Below, in pieces: positions 41,170 through 53,230 of a stretch of 64,000 bases of DNA. This DNA comes from Octopus vulgaris (Eukaryota). The DNA is taken from positions 58,528,001 through 58,592,000 of the forward strand of contig OX597824.1 in assembly GCA_951406725.2 (NCBI GenBank), read 5' to 3'. Numbering within the stretch: position 1 is the stretch's first letter; each line of letters begins with the position of its first letter. The position numbers were made by a program, and so were the translations under genes. The notes beneath the pieces are model-generated. The model was not told the origin of the DNA. It was given only the letters and a program-made list of their open reading frames with translations, and did not search any database.

Positions 41170-43149
41170 GCATATATAAGTATATATATATGTTTATGTG
41201 AGTTAAGGTGTGTAATAAAACTATGGAGCCCAACAAAGAAAATTGATGCGAAAAAGTAAAGAAAAGCTTACAAATCAAGCAGAATACACATAAATGATTC
41301 AAATGTGTTGTTCACACATCATGTGTCAACTCTGCAACAACAACAGCAACAATATTAACAGGAACAATAACAACTGTACTAAGGTATATTTTGTTTGAAG
41401 AATAGAGGTAGCGTGTATTATGACGGTAGCAATTCATCAGCCATTGACTTTTTAAGTCAGTAAAACTGTGAAACATTATCCAGGCGCCATGTTTAATGGC
41501 TGAATTATCATGAAAATAAAAGGAAACCTAGGCGACAATTGACAATTCATATCACCCGTGTATTATTTGGTCTGGGGTGAGGGGATGTACTCAGAGCTTA
41601 TGCCAACCCCCCGAGACCGGTAATATCGACCTGGTTGTTATCATCATCTTGGAAATCTCCAAGACGGCGGCTGCAAAGATAATAATACATAAGCAAATAT
41701 ATAATACAAAGGGAAAGAAAATGTGAGCTGAGAAGGGTTGAGAGAAGTGATTAGTATGGAACAGTTTGGTTAGCAAAGGGATGAGAGATGGGAAAATGAA
41801 CCAAGGGGAAAATGACACGGAATCGTCTGCTCAGACAAGCAAAGGCCAACGAAACATTGGGAGAAAGGCAAACAGCATATGTTGAAAGGGGAGTAACATG
41901 TCAGTATATTCCAGAGACTTGAAGAAACTGATGAGCGATCCTATTCCACTCGAATGACCTTTGTCGAATGAGGTTTTTGTTGGCTGTATGTGTAGTAGTA
42001 ATTTTACGCTATACGTGGGATCAGAGTTCCATTGTGAAATTCGTGCTTTCTACAAGCTTAATAAATGAAGTTAAGGAAATGGATCCTCATCAATTTCCAT
42101 GATGAGTTGTTCGATCTGCTGAACAATGTAATGTGGTTATGTATACCACAAGATGTTCATCGCTTGCATTTAGGACGAAATCATGAAAAGGCTCGTTGTT
42201 CTCAGATATGTACATTTAGGTGTGCCTAAAGTCTAATGGTGAGTGGTCTGTGTCCAGGGTGACTGATATTCTTCTTCTTAGTTCTCTTGTTTCCTCGGGA
42301 AACACAGGGCAGCAAAAACCATTTTCTCAGCGAACGTGGTTCTGGGGCATCCTTTTCAGCCCGGCCCACGTCATTCCGCTCTCCTCACCTCTGCGTCGAC
42401 ACTCCTGCGCCAAGACTGTTTTGGTCAGCCCACTTTTCGCTTCCCTTGCTTGGTGATATTTGGTGCAGGCTTTCGTAGCTTGCGGCCTGTACATCTCTAT
42501 TTTCATTTTTTGATATCTGTCTTGATTGGGGGCTTGTCTTGTCCTAGGGCGACTGATATTGGTTTTCTGAAATCCCAAAGGAACTTGTATTGTTGGTCTG
42601 TATATACACACGCATGCTATTCGTGCTTTCCTTAAGCAGTAGAAATAACTCCCAAATTCCCCCAAAACTAATTTCACAATCTGAAATATAAAGAAGGATA
42701 AACAGGATATTGTAATATGGCATACACAGTGTCTAGAAAAATGAAATAAGATGGTCAATATTGGATTGCTTTTAATTATTGGCCTTTTCAATGATAGCCT
42801 TCTTGAGGTCAAACAACAACAGCAGTAGCAACATACGCACATATTGCAAAGGTATAACATTGTGTATGCGAAACTTCTTCAGATTACTGATTTATCCGCA
42901 CCAGCAAATGGGCACCTCTGAATTCAGCATATATTAAACTTAAATAATCAAATAAAATAGAGATAATTTCATACCGGTAAAATCAATACAAGTTTATCAA
43001 TATTCTACTGTGCAACGTACAGTGAATCAGGGCCGCCCGATAAGATGGTCTGACGGCCAAGGAATTTGGAGTTTCAGCGCGAATTAGTAAGGATTATAGT
43101 TAAGTGTGCGGAAAATGGGTATTGTATCAGTGCATTCTTTCTTTTATTT

Positions 43150-44021
43150 TTTTTATTCTTTTACTTGTTTCAGTCATTTGACTGCGGCCATGCTGGAGCA
43201 CTGCCTCGGAGTGTTATAGTCGGACAAATCGCCCAGGACTTATTTTTTAAGCCTGGCATCTATTCTATCGGTCCTTTTGCCGAACCGCTACCTTACGAGG
43301 ACGCAAACACACCAACACCGGTTGTCAAGCGGTAATAGGGGCTGGACAAATACAGGCACAAAGTCACGCGCACGCACACACACACATAGGTGCAGGAGTG
43401 GTTGTGTGGTAAGTTACTTGCTTACCAGCCACATGGTCCTGGGTTCAGTCCCACTGCGTGGCACCTTGGGCTAGTCTCTTCTACTACAGCCTCGGGCTGA
43501 CCAACACCTTGTGAGTGGATTTGGTAGACGAAAACTGAAATAATCCTGTTGTATATATATATATATATATATATATATGCTTGTGTGTCTGTGTTTATCT
43601 CCCCAACATCGCTTGACAACCGATGTTGGTGTGTTTATGTCCCCTGCAACTTAGCGGTTCGGCGAAAGAGACCGATATGATCAGTACTAGGCTTACAAAG
43701 AATAAGTCTTGGGGTCGATTTTTCGACTAATGGCCGTGCTCCAGCATGGCTGCAGTCAAATGACTGAAACAAATAAAAGAATTGAATACACACACACACA
43801 CACTTATATATAAAATAAATTTGATTGCTTGTATAATGAATATATATGTATATATAGGACGAGCTTCTTTTATCTTCCGTCCACCAAATCCACTAACAAG
43901 GCTTTGATGGACCGGAGGTTGTAGTAGAAGATTCTTGCCTAGGATGCTACGCAGTGGGACTGAACCTAGAACCATGTGGTTGGGGAGCAAGCTTCTTACC
44001 ACGCAACCACGCCTGCGCCTA
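43150..44021. mobile_element. cluster of three SINE-B copies in alternating orientation
   Basis: 3' half (-) at 43150-43345, full copy (+) at 43388-43781, 5' half (-) at 43855-44021. Confidence 0.8.
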
Positions 44022-45852
44022 TGGATACATAGATACATCTATTTTATTTTTTGCTCTCTTTAATAAAAGGACACACAAAATAATTGCTTTTCTAGGTGCA
44101 CGGTACTTAGGAATAACAAGATTGGGTGGTCATAGCTGGGACTTCTTTAACACTATCGAAGATGAAGTAGGACAGCGGTGGGGTTCGGAAACAACAACAA
44201 CGGTCACTCTGATCGCCTCCCCAGTTACATCTACTGCCACCCAACCATCACTATCAACTCCTTATCGCCACCACAGCTATTTCTACAACCACAATTACGG
44301 CCCACAACTATCACCACCACCACTACTGCCACTAACCGACCACTTGTCCAGACCGTTATTACAAATACCAACACCACATGAAGCTCCATCACACCCACCC
44401 CAGCAGTACCACCACCTTCGGTACTGTCGTTCCCCGCTGCCACAACTTCCAACAGCAACAATACCACTATCACTACCAACACCATAACCACTAACACAAC
44501 CATCACTACCAACAACACTATCACTAGTAACATAAACACTGCTATCCATACTACAAGCATGACTAGCAATTCCCAAACTACCAGCACAACCATCTTCAGC
44601 AACAATACTATCAACAACACTACCATCACCACAATCGCCATAACCTCCACCACCACCACCACCACCACCACCACCATATCGACTATCAACACCATCACCA
44701 CCATCACCACTTTTACCACCACTTTCACCAACACCGCCATAACTGTAACCACCACCAGCACCACCATAACAACCATCAACACAATCATCACCAGCACCAC
44801 CACCACCAACACCACCAACGCCACCACCACCACCACCACAAACACCACTAACAACAACAACAACGCCATCACTACCACCGCCACCAACACCAACACCATC
44901 ACCTCCATCATCAGCCCCACTGCCACCACCGACATCACCTTTACCAGCAGCAGCACCACCACCACCCCATATCACCTGCTACCACTGTCTCTACTACCGC
45001 CGCTACTTCACATTTCTTAGAGACACATTTATTGTCATTTGTATAATATATGAGATTTGAAGAATGAGTCCTACTACCTGCTTCCTCCCTCAACTTCCCA
45101 AGTTGTCCCTACTTCACCCTACCTCTCTCTCCACCTCTCCACACATACTCCAATTCACACAAGCTCTCGCCTCTTTCCCTCTCTCTCGATCCTTCTATCC
45201 CATAATGTGTAAAACGGGGAACGTTTATAGCAACCCCACATGATCTATAGCTTTTACGGCGCTTCTATTGTTTGTATTTCTAAACTGGTGAATAGAGAGA
45301 CACATGACAACAGGCTACGATGACCAATTTGACATTTCATGGTCCTCAAAGCGTGTCTCGTTAAGGGTTAACTCAAACTTTATCACTGTTTATTTGCCTG
45401 CTCTCCAGAGGTTAACAATTACAAGTTACCTTCTTGTAGTAGTTTCACACAAAATTCAGATATATGGACTTCAAGAAAAGTAAATAAATAGAAAAAAAAG
45501 TAGGAAAGAAAGAAATGAAATAAAGAAAATAGAAAAGCAACGAAAATATACATTTTGCTTCACTGTCTTTCTCTTTCTCTCAACTTGTGTCTGTATGTCT
45601 TTTAGTCTTCAGTCTTTTATTTGTTTCAGTCATTTTTGACTGTGGCCATACTGGAGCACTGCCTTTTAGTCAAAGAAATCGACCCCTGGACTTATTCTTC
45701 GTAAGGCTGGTACTTATTCTATCGGTCTCTTTTGCCGAACCACAAAGTTACGGGGACGTAAACACAACATCGGTTGTCAAGTGATGGTGGGGGAACAAAT
45801 ACAGACACAGACAAATATATATACACACACACATATATACATATATATATAT

Positions 45853-45909
<57 letters not shown>

Positions 45910-45918
45910 CATATACAT

Positions 45919-45959
<41 letters not shown>

Positions 45960-45995
45960 CATACACATATATACATATACATACATATATATATA

Positions 45996-46345
45996 TCTAT
46001 ATATATAAAACTGAGAATGTGTGTCTGTCTGTGTGAATCTCTAAAACTTGAGAACTACAAAACCAATTTCATTCAAATTTTACATATGCCAGGGAGTGTC
46101 ATGGGCAAAAAAGAAATGTTTAACTTCTTGCCTAGGGCGAGCCCATAGCAATATCATATCTTCTCCACTATGAATCCCTAAAACGTGAGAACTAAACAAC
46201 CAATTTCATTCAAATTTTAGACATGCTTTACTTAGGGTCCATGGAGTGTCATGGGCAAAAACAAAATGTTTAACTTCTTGCCTAGGGTGAGCCCACAGCA
46301 ATATCATATCTTCTCCACTATTTCATTCTTACGTGTTAAAAGTGA
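45996..46345 (+). mobile_element. Helitron-like 5' fragment with an internal ~130-bp duplication
   Basis: tctatatatataaaactgagaatgtgtgtctgtc resembles the start at 9530. The block ccaatttcattcaaatttta..atcatatcttctccacta is duplicated. Confidence 0.5.
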
Positions 46346-46380
46346 AACAAAAACATCTCTCTATTGTATGTATATGGATG

Positions 46381-46439
<59 letters not shown>

Positions 46440-46607
46440 ATATATAGCTGTATATGTACTGATGTATTTCTATAGATATACATGTATGTCTAGATGTATA
46501 TATATATATATAGATGTACATGTAATATGTACACACATATATATATATATGCACACATATATACACCCATACACACATACACACCCACACCCTACACACA
46601 CATACAT

Positions 46608-46915
46608 AGGTGCAGGTGTGGCTGTGTGGTAACAAGCTTGGTTCCAAAACACATGGTCCTCAGTCCAGTCCCACTGTGTGGTAACTTGGCATGTGTTTTC
46701 TGCTATAGCCTCAGACCAACCAAAGCCTTGTCAGTGGATTTTGTAGACAGAACTGAAAGAAATCAATTGTATGTATATGTATGTATATATATATGTCTAT
46801 GTGTGTGCCTTTGTGTTTCTCCCTCATCACTGCTTCACAACTGCTGTTCGTTTATTTACATCCCCATAACTTACTGGTTTCACAAGAAGAAACTGATAAA
46901 ATATCAGGTTTATTG
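46608..46915 (+). mobile_element. SINE family B
   Basis: ggtgcaggtgtggctgtgtggtaacaagcttg..cagtcccactgtgtgg. Confidence 0.75.
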
Positions 46916-47413
46916 AAATATAAAAAAGCACCACGCAGTGTCTCATATTTTTGTTTGCCCACTCAGTTGTATCTATCAATTTATTTGTGTGTGTGTATAC
47001 ATATATATATATATCTTTATCTTATTAAACTTTTAATACTTTTTGATAGTTTATAAAAAAATAAAAAAAAAAATAAATATAAAAATATAAAAATAAAATA
47101 AAATAAAAAAAATAAGATAAAATAAAATAAAAATTTAAAAAATATTTTAAAAAAAAAAATAAATAAATAAATAAAATAAATAATTAAATAAAATAATAAT
47201 AAAAATATATATATATTTATAATCTATAAGTTTAATTTATTAATTTAAATAATTTTAAAAAATTTTAACTGTAATTTAAATATTTTAATTGGATTTTTAT
47301 ATTCTATATTTGATATTTTATATATATTTTTTAATTAATTTTATTTCTATGTATTGGCTTATGATTTTCACTGTTTGATTTGCCTAATAGTGGTTTTATC
47401 TCTAATTTAGTTA

Positions 47414-47451
<38 letters not shown>

Positions 47452-47500
47452 TTTCGTAGACAGGAAATCGTATATATATGTATATATGTAAGTGTATGTG

Positions 47501-50198
47501 TTTTGGTATTGGCAACATGAATGACAATGGTCAGAGACTACTTGAATTTTACATATACCATAACCTGTTCATCACTAACACATTCTTTGCCCACAAGGCA
47601 TCTTGGAGACATCCAAGATCTCACCACTGGCATCAGCTGGATTTCATCATTACACGAAGATATTTTCTGAATTCTGTTCAACTGACCCGTAGTTATCATA
47701 GCGCGGATTGTGACACTGATCATTCACTAATAAGAAGCAAGGTGAGGATTCTGCCTAAAAATGTCCATCACTCCAAGAAAATGGGCCGACCACACATTAA
47801 CACTGCCAGAACCTCGGACCCTACACTGCGACAAGGTTTTGCTGTTTCTATGAAGGTTGCCCTCAGTAGCTGCCCAACCTCCTCTGCTGAAAGTAGGTGG
47901 AATTATATCAGGGAAGCTTTGTATACCACATCAATAGATACTTTCGGCATCAGAGAAAGGCAAAACCCAGATTGGTTCAGTGCTGGGCTCTCAGACCTGG
48001 AAGCAGTTATCGAAGCAAAGCGTGCAGCTCTGATGCAATACACGAGTGATTCTTCCACAAAGTCACTCGAAGAACTCAGAAAGGCAAGAAATAAAATCCA
48101 ACTGACTGTCAGACGCTGTGCAAATAGGTATTGGCAGGAAATCTGTCAGAGTATCCAGTCAGCTGCTGACAGTGGTGACACCCATGGGATGTATGCCGGT
48201 GTGATGAAGGCCCTCGGTCCATCCGCAACCAAGTCAGCCCCTCTGAAATCAACTACTGGAGATCTCATCAAGGACCAAAGCAAGCAAATGGATAGATGGG
48301 TGGAGTACTACCAGAATCTCTACTCACGGGAGACCACGGTAGCTGAGGCTGCAATCGAGGGTGTCAAGATCTTGCCAGTCATATGCGAACTTGACAGTCT
48401 GCCATCTATAGCAAGGCTCACCAAGGCTATTGACTCCCTAGCAAGTAACAAGGCTCCAGAAAAATTCAGCATCACCTTAGAGATCATCAAAACCGGCAAA
48501 AACACTATCCTACTTCGGCACTTCATGAGCTTCTATGTCAGTGCTGGGAAAAGGGTACAGTCACTCAGGATATGCGGGATGCTAACATCATTACGCTTTA
48601 CAAAAAAAAAGGTGATCGTGGTGATTGTAACAATTACCATGGAATATCTCTTCTAAGGCTTTTGCTCATGTTATCCTGTCCAGGCTGCAACTGCTTGCTT
48701 CTCGAATTTATCCAGAATCGCAGTGTGGCTTCAGAAGAAGCAGATCAACTATTGACATGATATTCTCCATACGCCAACTTCAGGAGAAGTTCAGAGTGCA
48801 GAAAAGGCCACCATATATGGCCTTCATTGATCTGACAAAGTCCTTTGAGTTGGTAAGTAGAAAAGGCCTCTTCATCCTGCTCCAAAAAATCGAATGTCCA
48901 CCAAAGCTGCTGAGGATCATCAAATCTTTCCATGATGATATGCAAGGCACCATACAACACAATGGTTCAACATCAGCCGCCTTCCAAATAAAAAATGGGG
49001 TAAAGCGAGGTTGTGTCCTTGCTCCTACATTATTTGGCATCTTCTTCTCGCTGGTGCTGTCAGATACCTTTGAGACATCAGATGATGGAGTGTTTCTGCA
49101 CAGTAGAAGTGATGGGAAGCTGTTCAATCTCTCGCGTCTGCGTGCCAAGACCAAATTCAGAAGCGTCCTGATCAAGGAGATGCTATTTGCTGATGATGCC
49201 GCTCTGGTATCACACACAGAAGAAGCCCTACAAAGGCTCATCAACTGTTTTGAGCAAGTACATGGCAACTTTGGCTTAGTTATCAACCTCAAGAAGACAA
49301 ACATCATAGGTTAGGCTACATCGGACATCCCAAACATACATATTGGAGACCACAGACTACAGGAGGTGGAGAAGTTTACCTATCTTGGCTCTACCGTCAC
49401 CTACAACCTATCCCTTGATGCTGAGCTCAATATACGCATTGGCAAGGCAGCTGCTGTGATGGCCCAACTCTCCAAACGGGCATAGGACAACAATAAGCTG
49501 ACGAAGACCACAAAAATGATTTACCAGGCATGTGTACTTAGCACTCTACTGTATGGAAGTGAGACTTGGACGCCATACACACGCCAAGAGCGTCGCCTAA
49601 CTATCTTTTACCTGCGCTGCCTCCGGAAAATCCTTCGCATCAAATGGCAGAATCATGTCCCCAACAAAGATGTCCTCAAGCAAGCAGGAATACCAAGCAT
49701 GTTTGCCCTCCTCACACAAATACGTATGAGATGGTTTGGACATGTTAGCCGTATGGAAGATGGCAGAATCCCCAAGGACATACTCAACGGAGAGCTTGCT
49801 AGGGGCACTAGGTCTGTGGGAAGACCGTTCTTACGATACAAGGGTGTGTGCAAAAGGGACATGAATGCCTGCAACATCAATATTACCGACTGGGAAGCAG
49901 TTGCCAGCAACCGTGGACATTGGCAACGTACCGTAAAAGAGGGAACATAAAGGAGTGACATAGAGAGAAAGGAGAAATGGAAAGACAAAAAAAGACGTCA
50001 ACAAGAGACTATGACATTACAACCAGCCAGGCAAAGTCTTCGCTACATTTGCGGCACCAGCCAGCGAGAGTGTTTGTCCCAGATAGGACTACACAGCCAC
50101 AGTAGGAGATGTATTAGGACATGAAATGTAAAAGCTGGACTAGATTATTTTATCCGCAACTCCATTGTCTCCAAAGTCAAAAAGGATGCCAACAACAA
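47501..50198 (+). mobile_element. 5'-truncated RTE-clade LINE (APE C-terminus + RT), frameshifted
   Basis: GNMNDNGQRLLEF, WRHPRSHHWHQLDFII, ADCDTDH, YMAFIDLTKSFE, GVKRGCVLAPTLF, MLFADD, LLYGSETW and RWFGHVSRMEDGRIPK. Has a (CAA)n tail, frameshifts near 48525 and 48655, and a stop at 49312. Confidence 0.95.
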
Positions 50199-50580
50199 TA
50201 TATATAGATTTCGTAGACAGGAACTGAAACACATCAATCGTATATATATGTATGTATATATGTATGTCTATGTGTGTGTCATTGTGTTTTTCCCTCATCA
50301 CTGCTTCACAATTGCTGTTCATTCATTTACATCCACATAACTTACTGGTTTCACAAGAACAAACTAATAGAATAAGTACCAGGCTTATCAACATAAAAAT
50401 GCACTAGGCTGTGTCTCATATTTTTGTTTGCCCACTCAGTTGTATCTATCAATTTATCTTTGTATGTGTGTGTGTGTGTGTGTACCTATATCTATATCTA
50501 TATCTATCTATGTATCTATGTATCTATGTATGTATCTATCTATGTATCTATGTATCTATGTATGTATGTATGTATGTATG

Positions 50581-50676
<96 letters not shown>

Positions 50677-51158
50677 ACACCCCAATGGGAGCCTTAACTC
50701 CCAAATTTTAGTCATTTCTTTTATGATCCAAAGCAAGGTCAAAAGTACTGAGTGAATCTTTATGAAATTTGGAAATTATATTTTATGCATAAGGGCTATA
50801 AACCCTATGACAATTCATATATAACAGTTTGCTTTGACATTCACTTACATTGTGATTGCAGCAATGTGGTGCATAAATTGTTAAGTAAATGAGAGGCATC
50901 TTTGCCTCCATTGATTCAGTTGCAAAGTGCTGAGTAAAGTTATTTCATTGCAGACCTCCTTTCAGACTTTTTATTATCACTGGGTCACACATCGTCCCCA
51001 GATGGAAACATTGATTTCAAGGCCTTCCTAGATGAGTGACTGGTTATTCAAAGACATTTATAGATTGTAAGTTTATTCTGTCCAGTTACGTATTAGCAAA
51101 CTCCAGAGGTGACACTTTGAACAAGGGAGGTCAGTCGCTCCACACTACTTGGCCGGCA

Positions 51159-51200
51159 GCTACAGACGCGTTTCGGGGTATTGCCCCTTTTCAATGCAGC
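51159..51200 (-). ncRNA. type-I hammerhead, U3-A8 variant (mirror copy)
   Basis: Exact reverse complement of 51476-51517. Confidence 0.75.
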
Positions 51201-51475
51201 GTAGCCAGACCAGTAGGTGTCGCTTCTGACAATCTCTGTTCAAAGGTTTTATTTACCTAGCTTCGGTGGAATACATCCACTTGTTTCAATAATAGAAATA
51301 TTAAAATTACTAAGTCTCTCTAAAAGAGAACAACGGCTGCCGTTGTTCTCTTTTAGAGAGACTTAGTAATTTTAATATTTCTATTATTGAAACAAGTGGA
51401 TGTATTCCACCGAAGCTAGGTAAATAAAACCTTTGAACAGAGATTGTCAGAAGCGACACCTACTGGTCTGGCTAC

Positions 51476-51517
51476 GCTGCATTGAAAAGGGGCAATACCC
51501 CGAAACGCGTCTGTAGC
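51476..51517 (+). ncRNA. type-I hammerhead, U3-A8 variant
   Basis: gctgca TTGAAAA gggg caata cccc GAAA cgcg TC tgtagc, with a GUC cleavage triplet and an extended stem I. Confidence 0.75.
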
Positions 51518-51743
51518 TGCCGGCCAAGTAGTGTGGAGCGACTGACCTCCCTTGTTCAAAGGTTATATGGATACAGTTTGTGTATCAAATAGCTAACTTA
51601 AGGCGATGGCCTCATGGAGCTAATAAGCGGACAGCTTTATTCTTATTTTTATAAGAATGCCATATTAGTATGGCGATAACTAATATTTTCCGGGAACGCT
51701 GCCGTTGTTCTCTTTTAGAGAGACTTAGGAATTTTAATATTTC

Positions 51744-51806
<63 letters not shown>

Positions 51807-51816
51807 CATATATAAT

Positions 51817-51905
<89 letters not shown>

Positions 51906-51994
51906 GGGGGAGAATTCACAAAAATGCAAAAGATGAAGACAGGTGGTGTAGACAGCAAACAGATGTATTAGTTTAACGCTCGGGAAGTGGAAAA

Positions 51995-52035
51995 GTCTTT
52001 AATGCTTCGAGCCTACGCTTTTCCACAGAAAGGAC
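51995..52035 (-). ncRNA. degenerate hammerhead-like motif (CUGUGGA core), same repeat family as 40960
   Basis: Minus: ccttt CTGTGGA a aagcgtaggctc GAAG cat t aaag; downstream sequence matches 40997-41075. Confidence 0.4.
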
Positions 52036-52104
52036 CATAGAAAAGTAGGAAAGAAAGAAAATGGAAAAACATATACATGCATCTATTTATTAATTTTATA
52101 TGTA

Positions 52105-52330
52105 AAGGCGGCTAGCTGGCAGAAACGTTAGCACGCCGGGCGAAGTGCTTAACTGTATTTCGTCTGTCTTTACGTTCTGAGTTCAAATTCCGCCGAGGTC
52201 GACTCTGCTCTTCATCCTTTCGGGGTCGATAAATTGAGTACCAGTTGCGTACTGGGATCGATATAATCGACTGCGGCCCCAACAACAAAAAAATAATTTC
52301 GAGCCATGTGCCTAGAGTAGAAAAGATTGT
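52105..52330 (+). mobile_element. SINE family A, full length
   Basis: aaggcggctagctggcagaaacgttagcacgccgggcgaa..gagttcaaattccgccgaggtcgac. Confidence 0.85.
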
Positions 52331-52393
52331 TATATGTAAGTACTTACTTACATGCGCACACACACACACGCACACACACACGCACATACACAC

Positions 52394-52654
52394 TGTTGTA
52401 ACGTAATTTATTACGTACAATAAATAAAATAACTAGACAACAGTAACAACAACAATGTAATGAACTAACAAATCTCTTCACGAAACAACAATCAACATTC
52501 GTTGTGAACTAACCAACCAACATCTGACTTCACTGCGAACTAACACGAACTTCTCTCAACTCTGAACCTCGAAATCACTCGGATCGTTACTATTTATACT
52601 TTACTCGGACCAGTCTATCTTTTGCAAGGGTGTGTCGTAATTCTCATCACAACA
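52394..52654 (-). mobile_element. solo LTR
   Basis: TGTTGT...ACAACA inverted termini, CACAC on both flanks, and TATAAATA followed by AATAAA on the minus strand. Confidence 0.65.
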
Positions 52655-52775
52655 CACACACGCACACATACACACGCACACACGCACACATACTTAGGCA
52701 ACGTAGAATAGACTCAGTTCAAATCTCAATGTTTTAGTAAAAAACAGTGACTCCTACAAACAGGATTTTGTAGTA

Positions 52776-52809
<34 letters not shown>

Positions 52810-52969
52810 CAGCAGCAGTAATTTCTAATTTAGGTACACGGTGAGAATTTCGAGGAGAGAGCGTTGGTGTTTGGCATCAACCGCAGCACTTAACTGCAAC
52901 TTGATTTCTAAATGAGTGGAAGGTACAATTGACCTCAGCTGGATTTGAACGTAAAGAACTGGAACAAAT

Positions 52970-53230
52970 GCTGCCAACTCAAAAACTACAGACATGGAAG
53001 TAGAAAAGATCGCTAAATATGCTGATTTAAATGTAGAAATATCATGTGGAGAATGCTAGCAGCGACAGTGAAAGTGGTGTCATTTCTCATTGGAGCGCAA
53101 GGTCCTCAATCTCTTAAAAACTAACAACTAACTGGTACGGTTGAACATCAAAGCGGACATGCGAATGCTCAAAAATATCTTCCTCCCGTGGGACAGCTTA
53201 TATTCTCAGAAAATTCGTTCTGTCTAAGGC
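52970..53230 (+). mobile_element. Dong/R4-like LINE 3' fragment
   Basis: ANSKTTDMEVEKIAKYADLNVEI..MW..VKVVSFLIGAQG. Confidence 0.55.

Larger units (their letters stand above)
51115..51749 (+). mobile_element. non-coding hammerhead-carrying retroelement (retrozyme/PLE-pLTR-like) with a 5' fold-back
   Basis: Perfect palindrome 51115-51561 (centre T51338). 52-bp direct repeat at 51336-51387 and 51698-51749, giving a 362-nt period. Ends in (AT)n. Confidence 0.75.

Noticed and set aside
41925-41975. CTGATGA hammerhead candidates here and at 40727
   Set aside because: No properly spaced GAAA/UH with pairing stems I and III.
41830-43140. Possible Neptune-like PLE relic on the minus strand, and a ttatccgcacca motif shared with about 2065
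   Set aside because: Only vague motif echoes, too degenerate to call without a search.
44231-45020. Thr-rich/Val-rich/Gly-rich 150-240 aa ORFs (mucin- or glycine-rich-like)
   Set aside because: This is a degenerate (ACC/AAC)n array open in several frames on both strands, with no splice or domain evidence.
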